The notes under the pieces: model-generated | The model's database searches: none | Told to the model about the DNA's origin: nothing | What the model saw: only the letters and a program-made list of their open reading frames with translations | Shown here: positions 1 through 9,591 of the stretch, piece by piece | Numbering within the stretch: the stretch's first letter is position 1 | Layout of the letters: every line of letters starts with the position of its first letter | NCBI GenBank assembly: GCA_937925675.1 | Contig: CALAME010000020.1 | Coordinates: forward strand, 15,289-79,288 | DNA from: an uncultured Paenibacillaceae bacterium | GTDB lineage: Bacteria > Bacillota > Bacilli > Paenibacillales > CALAME01 | Reading direction: 5' to 3' | DNA length: 64,000 bases | Program-made: the position numbers and the translations under genes

Positions 1-750
1 TGCTGTGCTGTGGTAATATTTGTGAGCAAGATCAGCGAGATCATGCGCAAATGTCGCTTCATGCACGAGCACGTCGGCTCCTTGAGCCAGCCGTTCCCCT
101 GCCGCACATACGCGCGTGTCACCAAGGATGGTGATCACCCGCCCAGGAATGGGGGGACCGACAAATTCGGAAGCGTTCAGCACTGTGCCGTCGTCCAAAG
201 TGACGTTCTCCCCGTTTTTGATCCTTGCATAAATCGGACCGGGTTGGACCCCGCGCGCCAACAACTTTTCCACATGAAGCTTGCCGGGAAGATCCCGCTC
301 TGTAATCCGGTAACCCCAGCATTCAACCCGATGCTCCAGCTGCGCCGCTTCAACGACAAATCGATCATCTTCATAGATGATACCTTCGCGGTTTTCCACC
401 ACGTTCCATTCGTATTCCAGATGGGCTTGACTCAGTTCAAACGCAGTGTCAAGAAAACGACGCAGCCCGGAAGGTCCGAACAGCGTGAGCGGCTGCTTCC
501 CGTCCTGGTAAGAACGACTCGTCATCAAACCAGGAAGTCCATAAAGATGGTCTCCATGCAGATGCGTGATAAAGATAAATTCCAACCGGCTCAGTTTAAG
601 CGGCAATTCGAGCAACCGGTGCTGCGTGCCTTCACCGCAATCAAACAGCCAGAAACTCCCCCGTTCTTCATACAACTGCAAAGCAAGCGAACTGACGTTG
701 CGCTCACGGTTCGGCGATCCCGCAACAGTTCCCAGAAAGATCAACTTCAT
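1..750 (-). CDS. rnz: Ribonuclease Z (tRNA 3' endonuclease), N-terminal ~250 aa; 3' end runs off the window
   Basis: Own minus-strand translation from ATG at 748-750 gives MKLIFLGTVAGSPNRERNVSSLALQLYEERGSFWLFDCGEGTQHRLL... It carries the metallo-beta-lactamase motif ITHLHGDHLYGLPG. It is absent from the ORF track because it has no stop in the window. The 10..753 + ORF is its antisense shadow. Confidence 0.85.
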   Translation of the reverse strand, partial: MKLIFLGTVAGSPNRERNVSSLALQLYEERGSFWLFDCGEGTQHRLLELPLKLSRLEFIFITHLHGDHLYGLPGLMTSRSYQDGKQPLTLFGPSGLRRFLDTAFELSQAHLEYEWNVVENREGIIYEDDRFVVEAAQLEHRVECWGYRITERDLPGKLHVEKLLARGVQPGPIYARIKNGENVTLDDGTVLNASEFVGPPIPGRVITILGDTRVCAAGERLAQGADVLVHEATFAHDLADLAHKYYHSTA

Positions 751-778
751 TGATGGAGCGCCCCTTTCAGTTTCAGCA

Positions 779-3700
779 TTACCCGTTTTCAACATTGAAA
801 TACCTGGCTTCGGGGTGAGCGAACACCATGGCCGATACGGACGCTTCCGGTTCCATCATGAATCCTTCGGTCAGGTGCACGCCGATGTCTTCCGGTTGCA
901 TCAATTCAAACAGCAATTTCTGATCTTCCAAATTCGGACAGGCCGGATAACCGAACGAAACGCGGATTCCTTGATAGCGCGCCGCCATTCGTTCTCTCAT
1001 CGTCATTTCCGGCGGATCCGGAAATCCCCATACGTCTCGCATGATATGATGAACCCGCTCTGCCATCGCTTCTGCAATTTCGAGCGCAGCCGCCTGCAAA
1101 GCATGGGAACGGAGGTATTCCCCCTCCTCTTTCCAGCGTTCAGCCCTTTCGCGTACGCCCCGTCCAGCCGTAACGACGAGAAATCCGACATAATCCATCT
1201 CCCCGCTGTCACGCGAGCGGAGAAAATCCGCAAGGCACAGGTACGGCTCTTTCGGCTGACGCGGAAATGTGAAAGTTTTCAGCACGCGAGTGCGGTCTTC
1301 CGGATCGTAGATGATGATATCATTGCCGTCCGACTGGGCCGGGAAAAAGCGATACATACCGTTGACTTCCAAAATGTGATTCGTTTTGGCCTCCAAAAAG
1401 ATCTGATCAACGATCTCTTTCAGTCTCAGCGCTTTTTCGTCCCCTTCGGCAAGCAGCTTATCCACCCGGCCTTTCAGTCCCAGATGGTGTCCGAGTAACA
1501 TCTGCATATTGACATAGGGAATGAGCATATCGATCGGATAATTGCGCAAAATGTGTCTTTCCAGATCCGGCGGCGTGAACACAGGAACGTCCCGGGACAC
1601 ATTGGACCGAATGACGCTCGTTACCTTGGACGCATGCTGATGATCATCCGCTCCGGATTTCATCACATGGGATTCACGCAATTTCCGCATTTCATCGACT
1701 AATTTTTGCCGTTGTTCCGGGTTCATAAGCTGATTGGCCAGTTCCAGACCTTGCATGGCATCTTTCGCATACAGCACAAGTCCATCGTATTCCGGACTGA
1801 TGCGCGTCTCCGTAAATTTACGCGTGAGCGCCGCGCCACCGACAAGTATCGGAACATCGATTCCGGCGTTTTTCAAATCCTGGGCAGTGACAACCATCTG
1901 TTGCGCCGACTTGACGAGCAGTCCGGACAGGCCGATCGCATCCGGTTTCTCCTTGTGATACGCTTCGATCAGCTGTTCAGGTGGCACCTTGATCCCCAGA
2001 TTGATGACCTCATAGCCATTGTTCGACAAAATGATGTCAACGAGGTTTTTGCCGATGTCATGCACATCCCCTTTGACCGTAGCCAAAATAATCTTGCCCT
2101 TGGTGGCGGTATCCGTTTTTTCCATAAACGGTTCCAGGTATGAGACCGATGCTTTCATCGCTTCCGCACTTTGCAGCACTTCAGCTACGATCAGTTCATT
2201 GTTGTTGAACAGGCGGCCCACTTCAGCCATTCCGTCCATGAGCGGCCCGTTAATGATGTCGAGCGGCTTGTATTTTTTGAGTGCTTCGTCCAGGTCTTCA
2301 AACAGCCCGTCTTTTGAGCCTTCGATAATATATCTGGCCAGTCGTTCTTCCAGGGTAAGCTCGCTTTTTTCTTCTTTTTTCTCCACTTTTTTATCGCGAT
2401 AAAAAGCGACGAAACGGGCCAGATTTTCATCATTTGTTTCAAAGATCAGTTTTTCCGCCAGCAAACGCTCTTCTTCCGGAATCGACGCATAGCGCTCCAA
2501 TTTTTCGGTATTGACGATGGCGTAATCGAGTCCGGCCTTCGTGCAATGGTACAGATAGACCGCATTCAGCACTTCCCTGCCGGCACCGGGCAGTCCGAAA
2601 GATACGTTGCTGATCCCCAGGATCGTCTGGCATTCCGGCATCGCTTCTTTAATGAGGCGGATCGCTTCCACGGTCTCTTTCGCAGAACCGATATACTGCT
2701 CATCCCCTGTACCGACCGGAAAAACGAGCGGATCGAAAATAATGTCCTGCGGATGGACACCGTATTTGTTGACGAGCAGGTCATAGGAGCGTTTCGCCAC
2801 ATTCAGCTTGTCTTCGCGGCTGATCGCCTGTCCGCGCTCATCGATCGCGCCGACGACGACAGCGGCACCATAACGATGGATGAGCGGAGCTACCTTCTTA
2901 AATTTTTCCTCGCCGTCTTCGAGGTTGATCGAGTTGATAATGGCCTTGCCCTGAGAATATTTCAAACCGAGCTCAATCACTTCCGGATCCGTCGAGTCGA
3001 TCATGAACGGTACCTTGACTTTCTTGATGACCTGTTCCATAAAGCGCGCCATATCTTCGGCTTCATTGCGATCCGGATCTTGCAAGCATACGTCAAGCAC
3101 CTGGGCACCGCCTCTGATTTGTGCCCGCGCCACCTCGGCAGCTTCCTCGTATTTGCCCTCGATAATCAGGCGCTTGAACTTGCGTGAACCGAGCACATTG
3201 GTCCGTTCACCCACCAGAATCGGACGATTTTCCGGCTCCACATAAACGGTTTCAATGCCGGACACAGCGGGAGGATGGTCACCGAACTGGCGCCGGGGTT
3301 CGTAATGTTTCAGCGCTTCCGCAATCGCACGGATATGTTCGGGCGTCGTACCGCAGCAGCCTCCGGCCATGTTCAGCCAGCCTTGCTCGGCAAAACCAGC
3401 CAACTTTTTGGCCAACGATTCCGGGGATTCATGATATTTCCCGTCTTCGTCCGGCAACCCGGCATTGGGGTAGCAGCTGACCGCCGTCCTCGCCACCTTC
3501 GCCAATGTCCGGATATGATCCCGCATAAATTCAGGTCCGGTTGCGCAATTCAGTCCGACGCAGATCGGATCGACATGTTCAAGCGAGATATAGAACGATT
3601 CGATCGTCTGACCGGCAAGGGTCGTTCCCATCGGTTCGATCGTGCCTGAAATCATGAGCGGGATTTCCCGCCCCAGCTGATCAAACGCGCGCCGGATCCC

Positions 3701-4252
3701 GATCGTTGCCGCTTTGACATTCAGCGTATCTTGCGAGGTTTCCAATAGCAGCACATCGCAGCCGCCCTCAATCAAGGCCAGCGCCTGCTCAAAATACGCT
3801 TCGACGAGCTCATCAAACGTGACGCCGCCGGTTACCGTCAGCGTCTTTGTAGTCGGACCGATCGCACCCGCGACATAGCGCGGCCAGTCCGGTGTGCTGA
3901 ATTTGTCCGCTGCCTCGCGGGCAAGTTGGGCTGCTTTTAGATTGATCTCACTTGTTTTGTGTTCCAGATTATATTCAGAAAGAACGATGCGAGTCGCTCC
4001 AAAAGTATTCGTTTCAATGATGTCGGCGCCAGCTTCCAGGTACGCCTCATGAATGCCCTGAATGACGTCGGGACGTGTAAGAACCAGGTGCTCGTTACAA
4101 CCGTCATATTCTTCACCGCCAAAATCGGCAGGTGTTAATCCCGACTGTTGCAGCATGGTCCCCATCGCGCCATCCAAGATCAGTATTTTTCGATCCATCT
4201 GTTCGCGGATGGAAGCTTTTTCTTTCATCCTACCGTCTCCTTTACCAGTCAA
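779..4252 (-). CDS. metH: Cobalamin-dependent methionine synthase
   Basis: 1157-aa ORF. It has an N-terminal homocysteine S-methyltransferase domain (ILDGAMGTML), a pterin-binding region, the B12-binding motif GDVHDIGKNLV and a C-terminal AdoMet-reactivation domain. Confidence 0.95.
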   Translation of the reverse strand: MTGKGDGRMKEKASIREQMDRKILILDGAMGTMLQQSGLTPADFGGEEYDGCNEHLVLTRPDVIQGIHEAYLEAGADIIETNTFGATRIVLSEYNLEHKTSEINLKAAQLAREAADKFSTPDWPRYVAGAIGPTTKTLTVTGGVTFDELVEAYFEQALALIEGGCDVLLLETSQDTLNVKAATIGIRRAFDQLGREIPLMISGTIEPMGTTLAGQTIESFYISLEHVDPICVGLNCATGPEFMRDHIRTLAKVARTAVSCYPNAGLPDEDGKYHESPESLAKKLAGFAEQGWLNMAGGCCGTTPEHIRAIAEALKHYEPRRQFGDHPPAVSGIETVYVEPENRPILVGERTNVLGSRKFKRLIIEGKYEEAAEVARAQIRGGAQVLDVCLQDPDRNEAEDMARFMEQVIKKVKVPFMIDSTDPEVIELGLKYSQGKAIINSINLEDGEEKFKKVAPLIHRYGAAVVVGAIDERGQAISREDKLNVAKRSYDLLVNKYGVHPQDIIFDPLVFPVGTGDEQYIGSAKETVEAIRLIKEAMPECQTILGISNVSFGLPGAGREVLNAVYLYHCTKAGLDYAIVNTEKLERYASIPEEERLLAEKLIFETNDENLARFVAFYRDKKVEKKEEKSELTLEERLARYIIEGSKDGLFEDLDEALKKYKPLDIINGPLMDGMAEVGRLFNNNELIVAEVLQSAEAMKASVSYLEPFMEKTDTATKGKIILATVKGDVHDIGKNLVDIILSNNGYEVINLGIKVPPEQLIEAYHKEKPDAIGLSGLLVKSAQQMVVTAQDLKNAGIDVPILVGGAALTRKFTETRISPEYDGLVLYAKDAMQGLELANQLMNPEQRQKLVDEMRKLRESHVMKSGADDHQHASKVTSVIRSNVSRDVPVFTPPDLERHILRNYPIDMLIPYVNMQMLLGHHLGLKGRVDKLLAEGDEKALRLKEIVDQIFLEAKTNHILEVNGMYRFFPAQSDGNDIIIYDPEDRTRVLKTFTFPRQPKEPYLCLADFLRSRDSGEMDYVGFLVVTAGRGVRERAERWKEEGEYLRSHALQAAALEIAEAMAERVHHIMRDVWGFPDPPEMTMRERMAARYQGIRVSFGYPACPNLEDQKLLFELMQPEDIGVHLTEGFMMEPEASVSAMVFAHPEARYFNVENG

Positions 4253-4336
4253 AAAACGTTAGAATATAGTCTACCAAATAACCATGAAAATAGCTAGACA
4301 TAGTAGGGATAATGAAGGGAATTGGAAAATCATTGG

Positions 4337-4371
4337 AAAAAAACAGCCAAGTTCATGGATGAACTTGGCTG
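4337..4371 (-). terminator. Intrinsic terminator after the HAD hydrolase gene
   Basis: 12-bp stem cagccaagttca/tgaacttggctg (4344-4355 / 4360-4371), followed on the minus strand by 7 U (4337-4343). The stop codon lies inside the stem. Confidence 0.7.
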
Positions 4372-5165
4372 TTGAGCTGGTTGAGAACGTCAAACAGACC
4401 GTGAAGACTGTCAATTTCAAAATCCGGCCTCACGTCACCATCCAGGCGCATTCGCTTGCGGTTCAGCCAAACCGAATGAAGGCCGACGCCGTTTGCGCCA
4501 AGGATGTCCGTCGACAGCTTGTCGCCGACCATTACCCCTTCTTCCGGACGAATATCCGCCAGTTCCAACACATATCGAAACAGGTTCGGTGAAGGTTTGC
4601 CCTCACCGAAGTTGCCGGAAATGACAATGTGATCAAAATAGGAAGGTAGTTGAGGAACCCCCGCCAATTTTTCACCTTGCAGTTCCGGCGATCCGTTGGT
4701 CAGCATCAAAAGACGGTAATGTCCTTTCAGTCGATCCAGCACTTCATAAGTGTCTTCATACACGATCGGGCGTGAGCGGCGCTCTGCTGGAAAACGTTCT
4801 GCCAGCTGCTTGCCCAGTTCAGGATCATCGATACCGAGCGTTTTCAACCCGCGCGTCCATGCTTCGCGCCGATATTGAGGGACAATGGCCTTCAACTGTT
4901 TGAACCGTTCATCCACTGTATCGTTAAAATTGCCCCATAATCCTTCGAACGGGTTAATTCCGATATTGCAGGTAAAATCATAGCTGTCATAAGTGGCATA
5001 CAGTTTGCGCGCTTCCTCGCGCACAGCCTGCTCTAGCTGATCGGGATCGAGGTCGTAGCGCGTCGCCGCATAACGGCATGTCGCTTGGAACGCCTCACTG
5101 ACACTTTTTTCATCCCATAACAACGTATCATCAAGATCGAAAATAATTGCTTTAATCGTTGCCAT
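4353..5165 (-). CDS. HAD-superfamily hydrolase (YjjG-like nucleotidase type)
   Basis: Motif I IIFDLDDTLL, motif MLTNG, and motif IV MVGDKLSTDILGA. Confidence 0.8.
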   Translation of the reverse strand: MATIKAIIFDLDDTLLWDEKSVSEAFQATCRYAATRYDLDPDQLEQAVREEARKLYATYDSYDFTCNIGINPFEGLWGNFNDTVDERFKQLKAIVPQYRREAWTRGLKTLGIDDPELGKQLAERFPAERRSRPIVYEDTYEVLDRLKGHYRLLMLTNGSPELQGEKLAGVPQLPSYFDHIVISGNFGEGKPSPNLFRYVLELADIRPEEGVMVGDKLSTDILGANGVGLHSVWLNRKRMRLDGDVRPDFEIDSLHGLFDVLNQLNSQVHP

Positions 5166-5191
5166 TGATCTTTCTTCCTTTATATATCATT

Positions 5192-5722
5192 CTATTGTTT
5201 TTCGAACGGGATTTGATGCTGAAGCGCCAGCTTTTCCAGTTTTTCAGCCATCTCTTCGGTGTTGAAACGGTTGAGCACCCGGGAGAAGAACCAATCGGTC
5301 CGTTGGCCTTCAATTTTGATGATCAGATTTCCCGGTGAGTATGTCACCTTTTTGATATTTTTCAGGGGCACACTCACTTCCCGTCCCCAGCGGTTGGTTG
5401 CAATGAAGGATTTTCCGATTTTCAGATAGGGACGTTTGATGAAATAAAAATATAGGCTTAATAAAATATATGCGATCAGTGTAAACCAGAACAAACCGTC
5501 TATATTGCCCCAGCGGAATGAACTGAACGCAAAAAACGCGGCCACGCTCAATAAAAACAGAGGCAGAACCTGACTGCGCCCCTGATACAAGTCATAATCA
5601 GGATGACTCATGCCAAGCTTCCCTTTACCCTGCCGCTCTCTTTTTTTATCCAGTTCCTTGCGATTTTTTTCAACCATCCGTTCCCATCTTCTGGACACGT
5701 TATTCTCCCCTGTAGCATACAA
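5192..5722 (-). CDS. Hypothetical membrane protein (2 TM segments plus a small C-terminal soluble domain)
   Basis: Hydrophobic stretches VLPLFLLSVAAFFAFSSF and LFWFTLIAYILLSLYFYF. The track start at 5722 is TTG. GTG at 5698 has a better SD (AGGGGAG, 6-nt spacing). No family recognised. Confidence 0.5.
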   Translation of the reverse strand: MYATGENNVSRRWERMVEKNRKELDKKRERQGKGKLGMSHPDYDLYQGRSQVLPLFLLSVAAFFAFSSFRWGNIDGLFWFTLIAYILLSLYFYFIKRPYLKIGKSFIATNRWGREVSVPLKNIKKVTYSPGNLIIKIEGQRTDWFFSRVLNRFNTEEMAEKLEKLALQHQIPFEKQ

Positions 5723-5759
5723 ATCATCAATATGATTAATGATTCATATCGTAAATGAA

Positions 5760-5978
5760 TTAGTGCAGATAACCGCCAGCTGACTTTCGTCCGGGAGATG
5801 GACCGTCTCCATCGACAAACTCAATATTTTCCAAATGGGAGCGCAAAGAAGCTTTGATTGCATCGATATATTTGCGACGCAAACATTTTTGCTCTTCCGC
5901 TTCCTGCTCGGTCAATCCGACCGACTTTTGTTTACGAGCCAATTCGTTGATCCGTGCAATTTCTTCTTTGCTGATCAT
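5760..5978 (-). CDS. ynzC: DUF896 / UPF0291 small protein (YnzC-like)
   Basis: MISKEEIARINELARKQKSVGLTEQEAEEQKCLRRKYIDAIKASLRSHLENI matches the YnzC family pattern. SD AGGAGG lies 8 nt upstream. It sits downstream of yneA, as in B. subtilis. Confidence 0.75.
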   Translation of the reverse strand: MISKEEIARINELARKQKSVGLTEQEAEEQKCLRRKYIDAIKASLRSHLENIEFVDGDGPSPGRKSAGGYLH

Positions 5979-6059
5979 GCCAGTGTCCTCCTATTCTCAT
6001 ACTTAACTTTGACATTTCATACGACGAATGTCAAGTTGAGAAAGGAGGTAAACCGACCC

Positions 6060-6563
6060 TCATTGATGATGTATCGTAGATGATGGATCGTGCGATGCTA
6101 CAGGGAAGCGCACAACCTGTCCTTTTTGCAATACTTTGGACGCCATACTGTTATATTCGATTACCTGCTCCACATATTCACGCAGGTCCATATCGTTAGG
6201 TGCATAAGATTTTGCCAGCTCCCACAGCGTATCTCCCGAACTCACAATGACGCGGATTTCACCGATTTCCTCCCCGCCATCGTATCCCCGCTCAGCGATT
6301 GCAGATGCTACAGAACGCGGATGATCCTGCTCGTACGTATCACTGGAAAGAGCGAACGAATGAAAAGCGGCTCCCGATGCAAAGGCTACCGTGAATACGA
6401 GCACGAATAACCATCCGTGCAAGCCACGCAAAGAGAACAGACTCCTTTTCTCTGGCCGTCTTGAAAGTTCTGTCCCTTGTTTCCTTACAAGCGGAAGCTT
6501 TCCGTATGTACTTACTCCAACCGCCCCATTCCGAACACTTTCCGGATCGTACATCCAGTGCAT
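6060..6563 (-). CDS. yneA: LysM-domain SOS cell-division inhibitor, YneA-like
   Basis: One TM segment (GWLFVLVFTVAFASGAAF) plus a C-terminal LysM (VIVSSGDTLWELAKSYAPNDMDLREYVEQVIEYNSMASKVLQKGQVVRFP). It is divergent from lexA with LexA boxes in its promoter. The track start at 6578 is TTG; I prefer ATG at 6563. Confidence 0.65.
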   Translation of the reverse strand: MHWMYDPESVRNGAVGVSTYGKLPLVRKQGTELSRRPEKRSLFSLRGLHGWLFVLVFTVAFASGAAFHSFALSSDTYEQDHPRSVASAIAERGYDGGEEIGEIRVIVSSGDTLWELAKSYAPNDMDLREYVEQVIEYNSMASKVLQKGQVVRFPVASHDPSSTIHHQ

Positions 6564-6575
6564 GTCCTCATCTCC

Positions 6576-6589
6576 CAAACATTTGTTCT
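6576..6589. promoter_or_regulatory. Degenerate LexA (Cheo) box, one mismatch
   Basis: caaacatttgttct = AAAC-N4-GTTC. It lies just downstream of the yneA -10 element. Confidence 0.4.
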
Positions 6590-6596
6590 GATCACC

Positions 6597-6625
6597 ATCA
6601 TACTACGAACAACTGTTCTTGTCAA
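6597..6625 (-). promoter_or_regulatory. yneA promoter (sigma-A type)
   Basis: On the minus strand: TTGACA (6620-6625), 17-nt spacer, TATGAT (6597-6602). The spacer is filled by the LexA box at 6606-6619. Confidence 0.6.
6606..6619. promoter_or_regulatory. LexA (Cheo) box
   Basis: cgaacaactgttct = CGAAC-N4-GTTC. Confidence 0.75.
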
Positions 6626-6635
6626 AGGTATTTTT

Positions 6636-6665
6636 CGAACTCATGTTTGTACGAACTCCGGTTCT
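6636..6665. promoter_or_regulatory. Two adjacent LexA boxes
   Basis: cgaactcatgtttg (6636-6649, GAAC-N4-GTTT) and cgaactccggttct (6652-6665, GAAC-N4-GTTC). Their centres are 16 bp apart and they overlap the lexA promoter. Confidence 0.7.
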
Positions 6666-6675
6666 GTGTTATAAT
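6647..6675 (+). promoter_or_regulatory. lexA promoter (extended -10)
   Basis: TTGTAC (6647-6652), 17-nt spacer, TGtTATAAT (6667-6675). Confidence 0.55.
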
Positions 6676-6682
6676 TCCACTA

Positions 6683-6706
6683 TACTGATCGATTGTACTG
6701 ATCGAT
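6683..6706. repeat. Perfect 11-nt direct repeat tactgatcgat x2, 13-bp period
   Basis: Copies at 6683-6693 and 6696-6706 are identical. They lie 8-30 nt downstream of the lexA -10. Confidence 0.9.
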
Positions 6707-6884
6707 AGCTCCGCGTATCATAGCCCCGGTTGTCTGAATTTTTTCAAGAAATTTCGTACATAAACATTCAAAATGGGCACAAAACATCTGCATAGAACCG
6801 GATCATCATGTCGAGCAGCCACAGATGAGAACGGGATTGACATGGAACGGAACAAAAAGAAAAATGGGTATTGGAGGAACAAGC

Positions 6885-7505
6885 ATGCGTAAATTATCAC
6901 ACCGCCAGCAAGCCATTCTGGATTTTATCAAATCGGAAGTAAGAGAAAAGGGATATCCGCCATCCGTACGTGAAATTGGAGAAGCTGTAGGGCTGGCTTC
7001 CAGTTCCACGGTGCACGGCCATCTGGAAAGGCTGGAAAAGAAAGGCCTGATTCGGCGAGACCCGACGAAGCCCCGGGCGATCGAAATCCTGGAAAATGAT
7101 GACGATGCCGCGGACTTCCAACTGTCGTTCAAGCGCGTGCCGATTGTCGGCAAAGTCACGGCAGGCGAACCGATTCTCGCCACCGAAAATATCGAGGACT
7201 ATTTTCCCCTTCCCGATCGTTTCGTCGGGGATCACGAAGATGTATTCATGCTTCAGGTCGTCGGAGACAGCATGATTGAAGCCGGCATTTTTGATGGAGA
7301 CTATGTGATCGTGCGCCAGCAGCAAACCGCTGAAAACGGCGATATCGTAGTGGCGATGACCGAGGATGATGAAGCGACGGTCAAACGTTTTTATCGGGAA
7401 CGAGGATATTTCCGCCTGCAACCTGAAAACAGTTCCATGGCCCCGCTCCTGTTGCAAAAAGTGACGATACTCGGCAAGGTTATCGGCTTGTTCCGCAGCA
7501 TATGA
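6885..7505 (+). CDS. lexA: SOS repressor LexA
   Basis: [59 protein letters not shown]. Ala-Gly cleavage site in KVTAGEP, catalytic Ser in GDSMIEAG, and Lys in ATVKRF. SD GGAGG at 6873-6877. Confidence 0.95.
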   Translation: MRKLSHRQQAILDFIKSEVREKGYPPSVREIGEAVGLASSSTVHGHLERLEKKGLIRRDPTKPRAIEILENDDDAADFQLSFKRVPIVGKVTAGEPILATENIEDYFPLPDRFVGDHEDVFMLQVVGDSMIEAGIFDGDYVIVRQQQTAENGDIVVAMTEDDEATVKRFYRERGYFRLQPENSSMAPLLLQKVTILGKVIGLFRSI

Positions 7506-7547
7506 TGCAATGCGCGCCCTCCGCGCGCCTCTCCCCGTTGGAGGACC

Positions 7548-7585
7548 CCCAGGGCTTGCCCCCGGCCAGCCCTGGGTATTTTTTT
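7548..7585 (+). terminator. Intrinsic terminator of lexA
   Basis: Stem cccagggct / agccctggg, followed by tattttttt. Confidence 0.75.
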
Positions 7586-7618
7586 GAGCCCGCAGCCACA
7601 CCTTAGCCTGTTGTAAAG

Positions 7619-7653
7619 TAAAAAAGAGCCTGCTGATGTCGTATCAACAGGCT
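7619..7653 (-). terminator. Intrinsic terminator of glnRA
   Basis: Hairpin agcctgctgat-gtcgt-atcaacaggct (one mismatch), followed on the minus strand by cttttttac. Confidence 0.65.
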
Positions 7654-7682
7654 CAGTCTGAAAAGTATTCTGGAAGGTATGA

Positions 7683-9011
7683 TCAGTATAACGTCAAATA
7701 TTGCTCTCTTTCCCACTCGTGCACTTGTGTGCGGTACATATCCCATTCGATCTCTTTTAACTCGCAGAAGTGTTCCAAGGCATGTTCACCGAGCGCATCG
7801 CAGATCACTTCATCTTTCACCAGTTCCTCCATCGCTTCCTTCAAGGAAGTCGGCAGTGACAGGATGCCGTGCTGGAGACGCTCTTCATCACTCATAATGT
7901 AAATGTTGCGATCGATCGGTGGCGGTAACTCCAGTTTTTTCTCGATCCCGTCCAGTCCTGCTCGAAGCATGACAGAGAGTGCCAAATACGGATTGGCTGA
8001 CGGGTCTGGACTGCGCAGTTCGATCCGCGTGCTTTTTCCGCGCGAAGCGGGAATGCGGATCATCGGACTGCGATTGCGCGCTGACCAAGCGACATAACAC
8101 GGGGCTTCATATCCCGGAACAAGCCTTTTGTATGAATTCACCGTCGGATTGGTAATCGCGGTGAAGGCGCGCGCATGTTTCATCATGCCGGCCATATACT
8201 GACGAGCCACTTCGCTCAAGCCGAGCGGGTCGTTTTCATCATAAAACGCATTTTCCTCGCCGCGGAACAGCGACTGGTGACAGTGCATGCCCGAACCATT
8301 CATCCCAAACAGCGGTTTCGGCATAAAGGTGGCATGCAGATGATGTTTGCGCGCAATTGTCTTGACGACGAGCTTGAATGTCTGGATCTGATCCGCCGCC
8401 TTGACCGCATCCGCATACTTAAAGTCGATCTCATGCTGTCCAGGAGCGACTTCATGATGGGACGCTTCAATTTCAAATCCCATCTCTTCCAGCGTGAGTA
8501 CAATGTCGCGGCGGCAGTTTTCGCCAAGATCGGTCGGAGCCAGATCGAAATAGCCGCCATGGTCATTCAGCTCCATCGTCGGATGACCTTTCTCATCCGT
8601 CTTGAACAGAAAAAATTCCGGTTCCGGACCGACCATCATGTCGGTGAAGCCCATTTTCCTCGCCACTTCCAGATTGCGCTTCAAGATGCTGCGCGGATCA
8701 CCGGCAAATGGCGTTCCGTCCGGCATGTACACGTCGCAGATGAGACGGGCAATCCGGTCTTCCGACACCCACGGATAGATCAGCCACGTGTCCAGATCCG
8801 GATACAGGTACATATCCGACTCTTCGATCCGGACGTAACCTTCGATCGATGACCCGTCAAACATCATCTTGTTGTCGAGTGCTTTTTCCAGTTGAGAGAC
8901 CGGAATTTCCACATTTTTAATCGTACCGAGCAAATCGGTAAACTGAAGACGGATAAAGCGGACGTTTTGCTCCTTTGCGATTTTCAAGATATCTTCCCGC
9001 GTATAGCCCAA
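7683..9011 (-). CDS. glnA: Glutamine synthetase type I
   Basis: 442 aa, (M)[36 protein letters not shown]... with the GS catalytic domain throughout. TTG start with SD AAGGAGAGG 7 nt upstream. Confidence 0.95.
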   Translation of the reverse strand: MGYTREDILKIAKEQNVRFIRLQFTDLLGTIKNVEIPVSQLEKALDNKMMFDGSSIEGYVRIEESDMYLYPDLDTWLIYPWVSEDRIARLICDVYMPDGTPFAGDPRSILKRNLEVARKMGFTDMMVGPEPEFFLFKTDEKGHPTMELNDHGGYFDLAPTDLGENCRRDIVLTLEEMGFEIEASHHEVAPGQHEIDFKYADAVKAADQIQTFKLVVKTIARKHHLHATFMPKPLFGMNGSGMHCHQSLFRGEENAFYDENDPLGLSEVARQYMAGMMKHARAFTAITNPTVNSYKRLVPGYEAPCYVAWSARNRSPMIRIPASRGKSTRIELRSPDPSANPYLALSVMLRAGLDGIEKKLELPPPIDRNIYIMSDEERLQHGILSLPTSLKEAMEELVKDEVICDALGEHALEHFCELKEIEWDMYRTQVHEWEREQYLTLY

Positions 9012-9040
9012 AAAGACCTCTCCTTTAATCGTAAACTTGT

Positions 9041-9478
9041 TTACTTAAAGAAACGGGACAGTTCTCCCTGAATGAGAGAGACTTTTCCCGGGCGTTCCCG
9101 GCTTTCCAGCAATTCCCGTTTTAAAAACTGATGGACTTCCGAATCGGACAGATCCCTCGTAGTGGAACGTGCTATTGCTGGGTGTTGTGCCAACCGTTTT
9201 GTATCGTTTTTCCTTACTTCATCATCGAGAGACGTCTCTAAAGGCTGTAGCAACTGCTTGATGCCTGCTATGTTAACACCTTTTTGAATCAAGTCCTTGA
9301 TTTCAAGCAATCGCTCAATGTCATGTAAGGAAAACAGACGCTGATTGCCTGAAGTTCGAGCAGGCTTCACCAGTCCATGCTGTTCGTAGTAACGGATCTG
9401 TCTCGCAGTCAAGTCCGTAAGTTTCATCACAATGCCAATCGGAAAAAGAGCCTTGTCTTTGTGAAACCGGTCACTCAT
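9041..9478 (-). CDS. glnR: MerR-family nitrogen regulator GlnR
   Basis: [64 protein letters not shown]. Start set to ATG at 9478 because the promoter at 9534-9562 lies inside the longer track ORF. Confidence 0.85.
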   Translation of the reverse strand: MSDRFHKDKALFPIGIVMKLTDLTARQIRYYEQHGLVKPARTSGNQRLFSLHDIERLLEIKDLIQKGVNIAGIKQLLQPLETSLDDEVRKNDTKRLAQHPAIARSTTRDLSDSEVHQFLKRELLESRERPGKVSLIQGELSRFFK

Positions 9479-9533
9479 CACACAACAGCCCTTTCCTTTG
9501 TCGTTGAAAGGTTGGCGCTCCCCTTCCGCTGAC

Positions 9534-9562
9534 ATTTTATCGTTGACCGTAAAAAGTGTCAA
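9534..9562 (-). promoter_or_regulatory. glnRA promoter
   Basis: On the minus strand: TTGACA (9557-9562), 17 nt, TAAAAT (9534-9539). Confidence 0.6.
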
Positions 9563-9566
9563 GAGA

Positions 9567-9583
9567 TGTTAAGTTTTGTGACA
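9567..9583. promoter_or_regulatory. GlnR/TnrA box
   Basis: Minus strand TGTCA-CAAAACT-TAACA fits TGTNA-N7-TNACA. It abuts the -35 element. Confidence 0.65.
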
Positions 9584-9591
9584 AGCTGTGT

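Noticed and set aside
10-753. 247-aa ORF on the + strand at the window start
   Set aside because: Its composition is odd and no motif is recognisable. The opposite strand encodes a clear RNase Z with the HxHxDH motif, so this is an antisense shadow ORF.
6005-6037. Imperfect 11-bp hairpin between yneA and ynzC
   Set aside because: No U-tract follows on the transcribed strand, so it is not a terminator. It contains TTGACA on both arms but has no matching -10. It is mentioned in the SOS-node finding only.
7512-7528. GC-only hairpin gcgcgc-cctcc-gcgcgc right after the lexA stop
   Set aside because: It is short, has no U-tract, and is followed 20 nt later by a proper terminator. It is probably just part of the 3' UTR structure.
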